Shown here one piece after another: positions 31,150-40,535 of a DNA stretch of 64,000 nt (within the stretch, counting starts at the first letter, position 1; each line of letters starts with the position of its first letter). The stretch comes from Candidatus Paceibacter sp. (GTDB taxonomy: Bacteria; Patescibacteriota; Minisyncoccia; Phycocordibacterales; BOKC01): assembly GCA_020724885.1 (NCBI GenBank), contig DYGD01000002.1, positions 3,038 through 67,037 of the forward strand, written 5' to 3'. A program made the translations under genes and the position numbers. The notes under the pieces are model-generated. The model saw only the letters and a list, made by a program, of their open reading frames with translations. It ran no database searches and was not told the DNA's origin.

Positions 31150-32190
31150 ATGACTAAAACTAAAGAATCTAAAAAAGCGGGGGGCGAAACTAAAAATATT
31201 GACGCTACTTTGAAAGATATAAAATCAAGGTTCGGAGAAGAAGCGATAATGAAACTCGGCGAAAAGCCAAAAGTCAATGTTGATGCCATACCGACCGGCT
31301 CTATCGGCCTAGACGCGGCGCTCGGAGTCGGCGGTGTGCCAAGAGGGCGAATTATTGAAATCTACGGACCAGAATCTTCTGGAAAAACCACCTTGTCTCT
31401 CCACATTGTGGCTGAGGCCCAAAAGCGCGGCGGAATCTGCGCATTTATTGATGCCGAACACGCTATGGATCCGGAATATTCAAAAAAGATAGGGGTTAAA
31501 ATTGACGAACTCTTGATTTCCCAACCGGATACGGGTGAGCAAGCGCTGGAAATTGTTGAGTCGCTAGTCCGTTCCGGAAAAATTGATGTGATTGTGGTTG
31601 ATTCAGTCGCGGCCCTGACTCCCAAAGATGAAATAGAGGGTGAGATGGGGGCGCATCACGTCGGCAAGCAAGCGCGACTTATGTCTCAAGCGCTCCGCAA
31701 ACTGACCGCGATTGTCGCAAAAAGTAAAACTATTGTGATTTTCATCAATCAAATCAGGATGCAAATCGGCGTGATGTTTGGGAACCCGGAGACCACCCCT
31801 GGCGGCAAAGCTCTAAAATTTTATACTTCGGTCAGAATTGATGTCAGAAGAATCGCTCAGATTAAAAAAGGAGAAGAAATTATGGGCTCGCGGGTCAGAG
31901 CCAAAGTGGTTAAAAATAAAGTGGCGGCGCCGTTTCGCCAGACCGAGTTTGATTTGATGTATAACGAAGGAATTTCCAAAGAAGGAGAAATAATGGCTTT
32001 GGGAGAAAAATTGAAAGTCATTGAAAAATCAAGCGGTGGTTCCTACAGCTACCTGCCTGACGGCAAGGCAGGCGGAGAGATTAAACTTGGCCGTGGTTAT
32101 GACGCCGCCCGCCAATTCTTAAAAAGTGAGCCCAAAATCTCCGGGGAGATTTTGAAAAAAATCAAAGAAAAACTAGCTGAAAAAGCCTAG
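31150..32190 (+). CDS. recA: Recombinase RecA
   Basis: GPESSGKTT Walker A, L1/L2 loop region, full-length alignment pattern. Confidence 0.95.
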   Translation: MTKTKESKKAGGETKNIDATLKDIKSRFGEEAIMKLGEKPKVNVDAIPTGSIGLDAALGVGGVPRGRIIEIYGPESSGKTTLSLHIVAEAQKRGGICAFIDAEHAMDPEYSKKIGVKIDELLISQPDTGEQALEIVESLVRSGKIDVIVVDSVAALTPKDEIEGEMGAHHVGKQARLMSQALRKLTAIVAKSKTIVIFINQIRMQIGVMFGNPETTPGGKALKFYTSVRIDVRRIAQIKKGEEIMGSRVRAKVVKNKVAAPFRQTEFDLMYNEGISKEGEIMALGEKLKVIEKSSGGSYSYLPDGKAGGEIKLGRGYDAARQFLKSEPKISGEILKKIKEKLAEKA

Positions 32191-32309
32191 CTTGTTACAA
32201 CACGCGTCTTAAAACAGCTAGAATATCAGAAAAATTGACCTGCGACTTTCGCCCACGCGGAATGCAAACCTTGCAATTAAAGCCGGTTTGATATAAGTTA
32301 TTCCCCATT

Positions 32310-32873
32310 ATGCTCCAATACAACGAGATAACAGAAAAAAAGGTCATAGAATTAGACGGCGAACCGTATGAGGTTTTGAGCTCTCATGTCTTTCGCAAAC
32401 AACAGAGAAAACCTGTAAACGCCACAAAATTGAAAAACCTTGTCACCGGTAAAGTCACCGAGCGCTCTTTTCATGTCTCAGAAAAAGCCGAAGAAGCAGA
32501 CCTGAATCTCCAAGAGATCAAATATCTTTACAATAATCGAGGCGAATTCTGGTTTTGTGACAAAGATAATCCCAAAGATCGATTCAACCTCCCGGAAGAG
32601 TTGATTGGATCGCAAGTAAAATTCTTAAAGGAAAATTCGGTAATTGACGCCATGGTATTTAACGAAAAAATAATCGGCCTAAAAATGCCGATAAAAGCGG
32701 ATTTAAAAGTTACTGAAGCCCACCCGGCGGTCAAAGGCAACACTGCGCAAGGCGCCACAAAAGAAGCGGTTTTAGAAACCGGCGTCACTATTCAAGTCCC
32801 TCTTTTTGTCAAGGAAGGAGACATTGTGCGAGTCAATACCGAAACCGGACAGTATGTTGAGAGAGTAAACTAA
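32310..32873 (+). CDS. efp: Translation elongation factor P
   Basis: Three-domain EF-P pattern ending VPLFVKEGDIVRVNTETGQYVERV. Confidence 0.9.
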   Translation: MLQYNEITEKKVIELDGEPYEVLSSHVFRKQQRKPVNATKLKNLVTGKVTERSFHVSEKAEEADLNLQEIKYLYNNRGEFWFCDKDNPKDRFNLPEELIGSQVKFLKENSVIDAMVFNEKIIGLKMPIKADLKVTEAHPAVKGNTAQGATKEAVLETGVTIQVPLFVKEGDIVRVNTETGQYVERVN

Positions 32874-32876
32874 CCC

Positions 32877-33012
32877 ATACAACCTATACAACCTATACAA
32901 CAAAATCAGCGAATAAATCCCCCCCCCTTCGCCTTGCCAGCTTGGCACCTCCTTTAGGAAAGGGAGAATAGAAGCCAACGGATTTGAGCGGTTGTTGGTT
33001 GTATAGGTTGTA
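32877..33012. repeat. Long imperfect inverted repeat (catacaacctatacaacctatacaacaa ... ttgttggttgtataggttgtagaggttgttgg) between convergent efp and rpsR
   Basis: Arms read from sequence; the right arm shares an 18-mer (ggttgtagaggttgttgg) with an in-frame repeat inside argS (52950..52985). Confidence 0.7.
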
Positions 33013-33023
33013 GAGGTTGTTGG

Positions 33024-33269
33024 CTACTTCTGCACGTATGGCAGAAGTCCCATAAAACGAGCTCTCTTTATTGCCAAAGAAAGTTTGCGTTGGTTTTTGG
33101 CAGAAACGCCCGTTCTTTTTCTGGCCAAAATCCGACCATGTGGATTAAGAAATTTCTTCAGGATTTCAACATCCTTGTAATCAACGTGTCTTATATTATT
33201 TTGGGTGAAAAAACATTGGGTCATATTTTTGTTGGACATTAGTTTACTAGATCTTGGAATTTGGGTCAA
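33024..33269 (-). CDS. rpsR: 30S ribosomal protein S18
   Basis: S18 family pattern [29 protein letters not shown]. Confidence 0.9.
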   Translation of the reverse strand: MTQIPRSSKLMSNKNMTQCFFTQNNIRHVDYKDVEILKKFLNPHGRILARKRTGVSAKNQRKLSLAIKRARFMGLLPYVQK

Positions 33270-33310
33270 GTTGATTTTCCCTAACGCTTAGCGCCTAATT
33301 TCCAAAAAAC

Positions 33311-33754
33311 CTAGAAAGGTATGTCATCCGGATTAACTTCTTCCTCTGGATACGCAATCTCGCCTTCGTCTTTTGAACCGCTCTCAGATTTTACTTCTTC
33401 TTTCTTAGGACCCTCACTAAAACCACCGGCTTTCGGACCAAATTGAACTCGATCGGCGACAATTTCAGTGCGATACCTCTTGTTGCCGTCTTGGCCGTCC
33501 CAGCTTCTGGTTTGGATCCTCCCTTCCACCAACACATTTTGGCCTTTTTTCAAATATTGGGCTGATGTTTCTGCCTGCCTACCAAAAACCACAATATTAT
33601 GATACTCGGTGCTTTCCTGTTTCGCTCCATCCTTATCTCTCCAGACCCGATTGGTAGCTACTCCCAAAGTACAGACCGCAGTCCCAGAAGGTAAAGATTT
33701 AAGTTCCGGGTCTCTGGTCAAGTTTCCTATTATTATAGCTTTGTTTAAATACAT
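33311..33754 (-). CDS. ssb: Single-stranded DNA-binding protein (start set at MYLNK; ORF extends to 33802)
   Basis: OB-fold MYLNKAIIIGNLTRDPELK..., acidic C-terminal tail DDIPF. Confidence 0.9.
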   Translation of the reverse strand: MYLNKAIIIGNLTRDPELKSLPSGTAVCTLGVATNRVWRDKDGAKQESTEYHNIVVFGRQAETSAQYLKKGQNVLVEGRIQTRSWDGQDGNKRYRTEIVADRVQFGPKAGGFSEGPKKEEVKSESGSKDEGEIAYPEEEVNPDDIPF

Positions 33755-34092
33755 CCCGTTGTAAGATTTAGGATTGTTAAATTTTTCGACTTCTGTTTGC
33801 AAAATAATCTCTTAATCTTTTTCTTAGCATGCTTCTTCCTTGTGTAGATTTAAGATATTTCTCTCGTCTTCTGACATCAGATTACCCTCTGCAACCTTCC
33901 ACATAAACATACTTCCAGGGTTTTTATTTCCTAGTCGAAAAATTTAACCCTTAATTATGTTCTTCCAAACGTCTTTTTAGATTATTGGTAAACCCGATGT
34001 GCAATTCACTAGTTTTTGAATTATCTATGACATAGACGAAGAACATAATCTATCCTAAATTCTACGACGGGATACATATCCTAAATTTGAAA

Positions 34093-34629
34093 TCAACCAG
34101 TAGACACCAATTTCTCAATACTTTTATCAAGTTCTTCTGGAGACACTTCTTCTGATTTTGAGCTTACTTCAGCAGTAGCCGGACCTGCGCCTCTCGCCTC
34201 CCTGTCTCTCTTCATCGTCAACTTATGAGAATAAATGGTATTCTCTCTAACCGTATCCAACAAAATAAATCTTATAACATTCAGATTATTTTGGAAAGAA
34301 GAATTAACCACCGGAACTTCAGATGGTTTTAATTCAAACTTTACCCAGCCAAAGTAGGCCTGATTGTATTTTTGATTTTTATTGTCAATTTTTTTGACCA
34401 TTGTGTAAGCTAAGGGTCTCAATTTTGGAAAATCTTCGGAAATAAAAAAACCGCCCCGCTCTTCTATAACGGATTTTAAAGCAGATACTTCTTCAGGCAA
34501 TTTTTCTTCGGCAACTGTCGGAGCTAAAAGAAAGCCAATTTCATAGACCTTCAGGCCGTCATTTTCGGACCCGTCTTCGGTCATATTTTCGTCTCTTTTT
34601 TCTTCGTCCATAGGCAGATAGGTTAGCAT
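34093..34629 (-). CDS. rpsF: 30S ribosomal protein S6 (with N- and C-terminal extensions)
   Basis: VYEIGFLLAPT...LRPLAYTMVKK core; rpsF-ssb-rpsR gene order. Confidence 0.8.
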   Translation of the reverse strand: MLTYLPMDEEKRDENMTEDGSENDGLKVYEIGFLLAPTVAEEKLPEEVSALKSVIEERGGFFISEDFPKLRPLAYTMVKKIDNKNQKYNQAYFGWVKFELKPSEVPVVNSSFQNNLNVIRFILLDTVRENTIYSHKLTMKRDREARGAGPATAEVSSKSEEVSPEELDKSIEKLVSTG

Positions 34630-34653
34630 ATAAGCAGGAAATTAGCAACGAAT

Positions 34654-35478
34654 TCAACAAATGACCATAGACCTTAATTTCTCTGTGTTTCCATGCTTCA
34701 ACACTCCTAAATACGAAGTAATGGTTTCCGGCTTCGGATTTCCTTTTATTCTCTTTATCACTCTCCTCCTAGTCGCCGTCCTCAACACCCGGTGTTTGGG
34801 AAAATTCACCCAGCCCAGGAAATCAACTCCGGAAGCGAAGGTTTTTATATAGACCTTATCAGGATGCAAGTTCAATTTGAGCTTGGTTTCAAGAAATTCT
34901 TTGATTTTTGGAATTAAATGTTCAAGTTCTGCTTTGTTGTCTGAAAGAAACACAAAATCATCGGCGTAGCGGATGTAGTATTTTTGTTTGAGTTGGTGTT
35001 TAACAAATTGGTCAAACTCGTTCATATAGACATTGACCAGAAGTTGGGAGGTTAGGTTCCCCAGAGGCAGGCCTTTATTTGGCATTCCAGAGTTGAAGCT
35101 TTTGATGATTGTTTCCAGAAGTTCAATCACTTCCGGTTCAAGGCGGTGTTTCTTTAGAATTTCAATTAGAATGTCTTGGTCAATAGAAGCAAAGAACTTT
35201 CTGATGTCGCACTTCAAGACCCAAGAGGTTCTGGTGTTGTTTTTGCTGACTTTAAAGAAGAATCTCTGGAATCTGGCGATGGCTTTGTGAGTGCCTTTGC
35301 CTATCCGGCAGGAGTATGAATCGGCGATGAATTTTTTATCAAAAAAGGGATAGAGTTGTCGGTAGATGGCGTGGTGGAGCAGGCGGTCCTTGACGCTGGC
35401 TTTGTGGATGGTGCGGGGCTTGGGGTCGGAGATGTTGAATGAATGGTAACTTCCATGCTCATAAGTTAAATTTTTCAA
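34654..35478 (-). CDS. Reverse transcriptase, DGR-type (diversity-generating retroelement RT)
   Basis: Complete RT motifs 1-7: KPRTIHKASVKDRLLHHAI (1), FIADSYSCRIGKGTHKAI (2), LKCDIRKFFASIDQDIL (3), GLPLGNLTSQLLVNVYM (4, LGxxxSQ signature of DGR RTs instead of QGxxxSP), YIRYADDFVFL (5), LKLNLHPDKVYIKT (6), GVDFLGW (7). No maturase/En domain; 274 aa. Confidence 0.8.
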   Translation of the reverse strand: MKNLTYEHGSYHSFNISDPKPRTIHKASVKDRLLHHAIYRQLYPFFDKKFIADSYSCRIGKGTHKAIARFQRFFFKVSKNNTRTSWVLKCDIRKFFASIDQDILIEILKKHRLEPEVIELLETIIKSFNSGMPNKGLPLGNLTSQLLVNVYMNEFDQFVKHQLKQKYYIRYADDFVFLSDNKAELEHLIPKIKEFLETKLKLNLHPDKVYIKTFASGVDFLGWVNFPKHRVLRTATRRRVIKRIKGNPKPETITSYLGVLKHGNTEKLRSMVIC

Positions 35479-35707
35479 ATCTTCATGAAGGGAAAAGACA
35501 TTATCGGCAAGTTTAAGAGAAAACTCTTGAACATCCTTTCTGTTTTGGGCACACGCCCGTTTGTTTCGCCAGAGGACTAACCACCGTGGTAGTCATAGCC
35601 AGAAAACCTCGTCCGCCGGCTGGCGGATTTCAAGACCTTTTGGCTATGACCACTTTTTTCGCAACAGCACTTCAAAGAACAAAAACTGCTTATATGATAC
35701 ACGAAAC

Positions 35708-36658
35708 CTATATTTTGTCAAGGTTAAAAAACTTTACCGCATTTTGCACCAGAGCGGTGCGGACTTTGAAAAAGTCCGCACCGCGTATTTCCGCGATTTT
35801 CTTAACGACTTCTTTGACGTAAATCGGCTCGTTTCTCCGGCCCCGAAACGGCTCTGGCGCCACATACGGACAATCGGTCTCAGCCATTATCCTGTCTAGC
35901 GGCGCGTTTTTTATAATTTCATCATACTGCCGAGCAAATGTAATCACGCCGGTAAAAGACAGAAAAAAACCGGCATCCAAAATTTCTTTAGCTTCGTCCC
36001 AAGAGCCGGCAAAGAAATGGAAGTTAGCCGGAACTTTGGCTTCGGACCTTAAAATTTCTAACGCCTCTCTGTAAGCCGAGCGATCAGAGCCGTTTCGAAC
36101 GTGAAGCATTAGAGGTTTCCCGACCTTGTTTGCTAAAGCGATTTGTTGAGAGAAAGCTTCGCGTTGTTTTTTTTCGGTTTCCGGTGTGCATCTATAATAA
36201 TCCAGCCCGCACTCGCCTATTCCAACCACTTTGGGATGACTTGCCATACTATGATATTTCATTATATCAAAGCGTTCGCCACGAGAGGCAAATTCTTTGC
36301 TACCGGCGCCAAGTTCTTTTTCATCGTGGAATGATTTGTCGGTGTGAATCGGATGAACGCCAACAATAGCATACACCCCCACACCTTTCCTCCGATAGTA
36401 TTCTACGCGCTCCGACTTTGTCGGAGCAATCGGAGGAAAGGTGTGGGGGTAAACCCCTTCTTCATATTTTTCGGCAAGTTCCACGGCCGACTTTGAAGTA
36501 TCTTTCTGCGTGCCGACATTTATCATCCAGACCTTGTTATCCAAAGCGCGTTTTATAACCTCCTCTCGGTCTTCATCATAAGCGGCAAAATTAACGTGAG
36601 CGTGGATATCAATGTATTCAGGCATAAGATTAGGGTTTAGGATACGGTCAATAGCCAA
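35708..36658 (-). CDS. tatD: TatD-family metal-dependent DNase/hydrolase
   Basis: HAHVNF, GIGECGLDYY, LHVRNG, ETDCPYVAP motifs. Confidence 0.85.
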   Translation of the reverse strand: MAIDRILNPNLMPEYIDIHAHVNFAAYDEDREEVIKRALDNKVWMINVGTQKDTSKSAVELAEKYEEGVYPHTFPPIAPTKSERVEYYRRKGVGVYAIVGVHPIHTDKSFHDEKELGAGSKEFASRGERFDIMKYHSMASHPKVVGIGECGLDYYRCTPETEKKQREAFSQQIALANKVGKPLMLHVRNGSDRSAYREALEILRSEAKVPANFHFFAGSWDEAKEILDAGFFLSFTGVITFARQYDEIIKNAPLDRIMAETDCPYVAPEPFRGRRNEPIYVKEVVKKIAEIRGADFFKVRTALVQNAVKFFNLDKI

Positions 36659-36663
36659 TGAGG

Positions 36664-38100
36664 TTAATCTTTTCTTGGAAAAAGCGGTTTTTCCGGAATT
36701 TTGTTTTCCTTTACGGCTTTTTTTATTGTATCAGAAGTGATAGGCATTACAGGATTCAACATTCTGCCAATCGTATATAACCCAATCACAAGCTCTTTTA
36801 TAATCTCTTTTGCTTTTTCAGGATCGGTCTTTACCACTTTAAAGGGCTCCGTTTCTTGAATTTTTAAATCAAGCTCTCCTATTTTCTGCCATATGATATT
36901 TGTCGCCCCTTGAATGTTAAATTCGTCCAACGCATCTTTAAAATTTTGAGGAATTGTGTTTTTAGGAATTTCTGGCGCCAACTGCAAATTAGTTTCTGCC
37001 ATCTTCATAACCCTTGAAACCAAATTCCCCAAACCATTGGCGAGGTCGGCATTATAAGCGGTTTTGAATTTTTCAAAAGTAAATTCGCTGTCTTCAAATG
37101 GATGAACATGGCGAGCGAGATAAAAACGCAGAGAGTCGGTGCCATATTCTTTAATAATTTCAAGCGGGTCAATGGTATTGCCCAAGCTTTTGCTCATTTT
37201 TACTGCTCCATCGCCCAAAATAAAGCCGTTTATAATAATTTGCTTACTTGGCGAAAGTTCAGCTGACATTAACATCGCTTGCCACATTGCCGACTGTTGG
37301 CGAAGATTGTCCTTGCCGCAATATTGAGTCACCGGCCACCATTTATTGAATTGCTCTAAATCATTGGGCCAGCCGATTGTCGAAATGTAATTTACCAAAG
37401 CGTCAAACCAGACATACATCACATGATCCGGATCATCCGGCACTTCCACCCCCCAAGGCATTTTGCTTTTTAAGCGGGAAATACTGAAATCTTCAAGTCC
37501 TCTCTCAACAAAACGCCTTATTTCATTGAACCGGAAATCAGGAATCACAAACCCGGGATTTTTCTCGTAAAAATCCAAAAGCGATTTTTGATATTTGGAA
37601 AATCGGAAAAAATAATTTTCTTCCTCAAGAATCTCAATTTCCAACGCGGGGTGCTCGGGACATTTGCCGACAATTAGTTCGGAGTCGGTTTTCTCCAGTT
37701 CACAACCGACGCAGTACTTAATTCTGTAGCTTTTCTTGTATATGTCGCCTTTCCTTTCACAAATTTTCCAAAATTCTTGCGCCGCTTTTTTATGATAAGG
37801 ATCAGTCGTTCTTATAAAATTCAGGTCTTCCGTCATCCCAAGTTTTTTGACAAAACTCTTAAATTTGTCGGCGTATTCATCAACATATTCCTGTGGGTCT
37901 TTTCCTAGCTCAAGCGCTTTGCGATAAATCTTTAAACCATGCTCATCGGTGCCAGTATTAAGAAAAACATCAAAACCGCTTAGTTTTTTGTAGCGTGCGA
38001 TAATATCCGCCCGAACAAATTCCAAAGCATGCCCAAGGTGCGGCTCAGCATTAACATAGGGCAGGGTGGTGGTGATGTAGAAGGTTTTTTCTTGCGCCAC
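36664..38100 (-). CDS. metG: Methionyl-tRNA synthetase
   Basis: HLGHALEFV (HIGH-type) and KMSKSLGN motifs. Confidence 0.95.
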   Translation of the reverse strand: MAQEKTFYITTTLPYVNAEPHLGHALEFVRADIIARYKKLSGFDVFLNTGTDEHGLKIYRKALELGKDPQEYVDEYADKFKSFVKKLGMTEDLNFIRTTDPYHKKAAQEFWKICERKGDIYKKSYRIKYCVGCELEKTDSELIVGKCPEHPALEIEILEEENYFFRFSKYQKSLLDFYEKNPGFVIPDFRFNEIRRFVERGLEDFSISRLKSKMPWGVEVPDDPDHVMYVWFDALVNYISTIGWPNDLEQFNKWWPVTQYCGKDNLRQQSAMWQAMLMSAELSPSKQIIINGFILGDGAVKMSKSLGNTIDPLEIIKEYGTDSLRFYLARHVHPFEDSEFTFEKFKTAYNADLANGLGNLVSRVMKMAETNLQLAPEIPKNTIPQNFKDALDEFNIQGATNIIWQKIGELDLKIQETEPFKVVKTDPEKAKEIIKELVIGLYTIGRMLNPVMPITSDTIKKAVKENKIPEKPLFPRKD

Positions 38101-38110
38101 GGGTTATTTT

Positions 38111-39193
38111 TTATTTAGAAGAATTAGGGGAGCCAGAACTTTTGGAGACAGTAGCGTGCTTTCTCTTATCCATATCTTCCAGAAAGACCATCACCACCGC
38201 GGCCAATGGAACCGAAATCAAAATTCCCAAAAAGCCGGCGAGCTTAAAGCCGACTACCAAAGACAGAATAACCACAATCGGCGACAGGCCCACAACTTTC
38301 TTGACAACCAGAGGGTAAATAAGTTGGCTTTCAAACTGCTGGATAATGACGTAGAGACCAACAACAATCAGAGCCACGGTCAATCCACCATCTAAAAAAC
38401 CCAAAGCGATAGCCGGCACCGCAGCAATAATCGGCCCAAAAACCGGAATAATTTCCATCAGAGCCGCCAAAAAAGCCAGAAGCAGAGCGTTGGGAATTCC
38501 GAGAAGCAAAAGGCCTAAGTAAGTTAAAACACCGACAATGACCGCCAAAACGATTTGCCCCTGCACCCAAAGACCGATCTTGACTTCCGAACGGCGCCAT
38601 AAGTCCAAAACGTATTCTTCGTATTTAATCGGCGTCACTAATCGCAAAAATCTGGAAACCCCGCCCTCCTGGACTGATAGATAGAAAGACAGAACAATAA
38701 TCAAAACAAAAGATAGCATGCCGCCAAAGAAGATTGAGGCGGCGCCGAGAAAATTAAAACTGCCGGAAAGCGCCAAATTGGCTTGATTGATAGCTTCTCG
38801 GAGAGAGAAGTCACGAATTACCGACTGGCCGAAGAAGCCATCCTGCAGGGGGTTCCAAACTTCCAATTCAGTCAAATGCGCCGGTAAATCTTTGAGCAAA
38901 GTGGTGGTCTCGCTCAAAAGCGGGATGAGTAAGAAATAAAAAGAAACAGCGAAAATCAGTCCTGCTAAAAGATAAACAATCAAAACTGCCATCACCCGCG
39001 GCACTTTGTATTTTTTAAACCAGCGGGTAGCCGGCTCTACGGCCGAAGCGATTAGAATAGCGGTCAAAACCACCAAAACCAAATCGCGCAGGACAAACAA
39101 AGCCCAAAAAAGAATCAGAATGAAAATTACTTTGAAAATACTGCTGGCCGAGATGTTGAGCATAGAAATATTGTAGCACAAACCCGACACCAA
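38111..39193 (-). CDS. AI-2E family transporter (PerM/UPF0118 permease)
   Basis: 8-TM topology with C-terminal conserved region; pattern-level assignment. Confidence 0.7.
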   Translation of the reverse strand: MVSGLCYNISMLNISASSIFKVIFILILFWALFVLRDLVLVVLTAILIASAVEPATRWFKKYKVPRVMAVLIVYLLAGLIFAVSFYFLLIPLLSETTTLLKDLPAHLTELEVWNPLQDGFFGQSVIRDFSLREAINQANLALSGSFNFLGAASIFFGGMLSFVLIIVLSFYLSVQEGGVSRFLRLVTPIKYEEYVLDLWRRSEVKIGLWVQGQIVLAVIVGVLTYLGLLLLGIPNALLLAFLAALMEIIPVFGPIIAAVPAIALGFLDGGLTVALIVVGLYVIIQQFESQLIYPLVVKKVVGLSPIVVILSLVVGFKLAGFLGILISVPLAAVVMVFLEDMDKRKHATVSKSSGSPNSSK

Positions 39194-39262
39194 TACACGA
39201 ATTCACCCTCTTAACTTTCAAAGAAAGTTTGGCGGGTAAGAGCAAATGACATGAATATTTTT

Positions 39263-39295
39263 GCCCCCGAATTTTGCGGAGCAAAATTCGGGGGC
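39263..39295. terminator. Hairpin gcccccgaattttgc-GGAG-gcaaaattcgggggc
   Basis: 15-bp perfect stem; U-tract on the plus-strand 5' side only. Confidence 0.4.
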
Positions 39296-39402
39296 AATCC
39301 GCGCTAATCCGCGTCTGCTATTTGCGAATTAAATGTAATAAAAAAGGACAGGAGGTGAATCCTGTCCAGGAGGCCATTGGATGTGTATTTCATGGACATC
39401 GA

Positions 39403-39795
39403 TCATCGAGGCAGGAGGTCTGCCATTTGCCTGACAAGGATCCGAGCCATGTCGTTGAATCGTGGATCAGCTTCCTTGACCGGAATATGACGAAATTCCA
39501 TCAGAGCAGCCAACTGAATCTTTTCAGGTTGACAACGGCCAGAATCCGGGCACACCCACAGATCACCGCCCAGGCGAGGATTACGGACGAAAAACCCTTG
39601 AAGAACACACACGTCCCCGCGGTACTCCAACAGGTCTCCCTCACTCACTCCTTCCCAAGACGTACCCTTCGTCATCTCGTCCACAGCGTCTCTTGTCTTC
39701 TTGTCCATAGTTATCAACTCCGTAAGCGTAAGCACACTCCTGAAACCAGAAAGCGACCATCGCTTTCCGCGAACATCTAACCAGGCATTATCCAT
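39403..39795 (-). CDS. Hypothetical protein, GC-rich (probably horizontally acquired), immediately downstream of higA
   Basis: 130-aa ORF with protein-like composition; local GC clearly above genome background; the opposite-strand ORF was rejected. Confidence 0.45.
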   Translation of the reverse strand: MDNAWLDVRGKRWSLSGFRSVLTLTELITMDKKTRDAVDEMTKGTSWEGVSEGDLLEYRGDVCVLQGFFVRNPRLGGDLWVCPDSGRCQPEKIQLAALMEFRHIPVKEADPRFNDMARILVRQMADLLPR

Positions 39796-39829
39796 AAACC
39801 ACGAATTTTGTCAAATTTTTTTAGAAGAC

Positions 39830-40147
39830 CTAAACCAATTTTAATTCCTTACCAACGGTCCGAGCTACTTTTTGCAGAGTGGCAACAGATAAATTATGTC
39901 GGCCGCTTTCCAAACGGGAAATTACCGATTGCGGCATTTTGGCCCGTTTGGCAACTTCTTTCTGGGTCAAGCGATGAATTAACCGCGCTTCTCTGATTTG
40001 TCGCGCCAGTTTCAATTGATTTACTCTCTCGTTATATGCCTCGCGAAATTTTTTAGAACGAAGTTTTTTCTCTAGAATCTCTTCCAAAGAATATGATTTG
40101 AGAGTCAATAGTTTTTTATTTTTTTGTCTGATTTTAATTGTTTGCAT
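39830..40147 (-). CDS. higA: XRE-family HTH antitoxin (HigA-like)
   Basis: HTH LTQKEVAKRAKMPQSVISRLESG; follows toxin gene with 5-nt spacing. Confidence 0.75.
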   Translation of the reverse strand: MQTIKIRQKNKKLLTLKSYSLEEILEKKLRSKKFREAYNERVNQLKLARQIREARLIHRLTQKEVAKRAKMPQSVISRLESGRHNLSVATLQKVARTVGKELKLV

Positions 40148-40152
40148 ATTTT

Positions 40153-40458
40153 TTAATTTATTAACTTGTTAATTTTCTCCGCATAATCTATTTCCCGCTT
40201 TGGGGTCTTTTGGCTTTTTTTGACAAAACCATTGGTGACATAAACAGAACCGCTGCGGATAAAAAACAAAATTCGGTATTTTCTAACAATAAGTTCTTTA
40301 ATTTTACCCTTCAATATTTTTACCTTGATTATCTCAAAATCACTTTGCTTCACTGCTCCTAAATCAGCCAAAATATCTGCTTGATCTTTACTTGGTAAAG
40401 AATCAATAAATTTTTTTGCTGACTCCAGAATTTGCAACTGATATTCAGACCTATTCAT
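40153..40458 (-). CDS. higB: RelE/ParE-superfamily toxin, HigB/Gp49-like
   Basis: ~100 aa, KYRILFFIRSGSVYVTNGFVKKSQKTPKREI, toxin-first order typical of HigBA. Confidence 0.65.
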   Translation of the reverse strand: MNRSEYQLQILESAKKFIDSLPSKDQADILADLGAVKQSDFEIIKVKILKGKIKELIVRKYRILFFIRSGSVYVTNGFVKKSQKTPKREIDYAEKINKLIN

Positions 40459-40535
40459 TTTTGTTCAAAACAAATATAGCAAATATGCTATATTAAGTCA
40501 ACAAGTTTCCTGTGGATATCTTGCGTGAATAAGAG

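Noticed and set aside
32310-32873. Unusual EF-P modification loop (RKQQRKP instead of KPGKG)
   Set aside because: Cannot be aligned residue-by-residue with confidence by eye; no claim made about the modified residue.
35479-35710. Candidate TR next to the RT
   Set aside because: Not AAC-rich and shares no similarity with the 49234 TR or any other segment I could find. Retained only as a structured RNA candidate.
39274-39780. 168-aa plus-strand ORF
   Set aside because: Arg-rich, low-complexity translation antisense to the more protein-like 39403..39795 ORF in a GC-rich patch.
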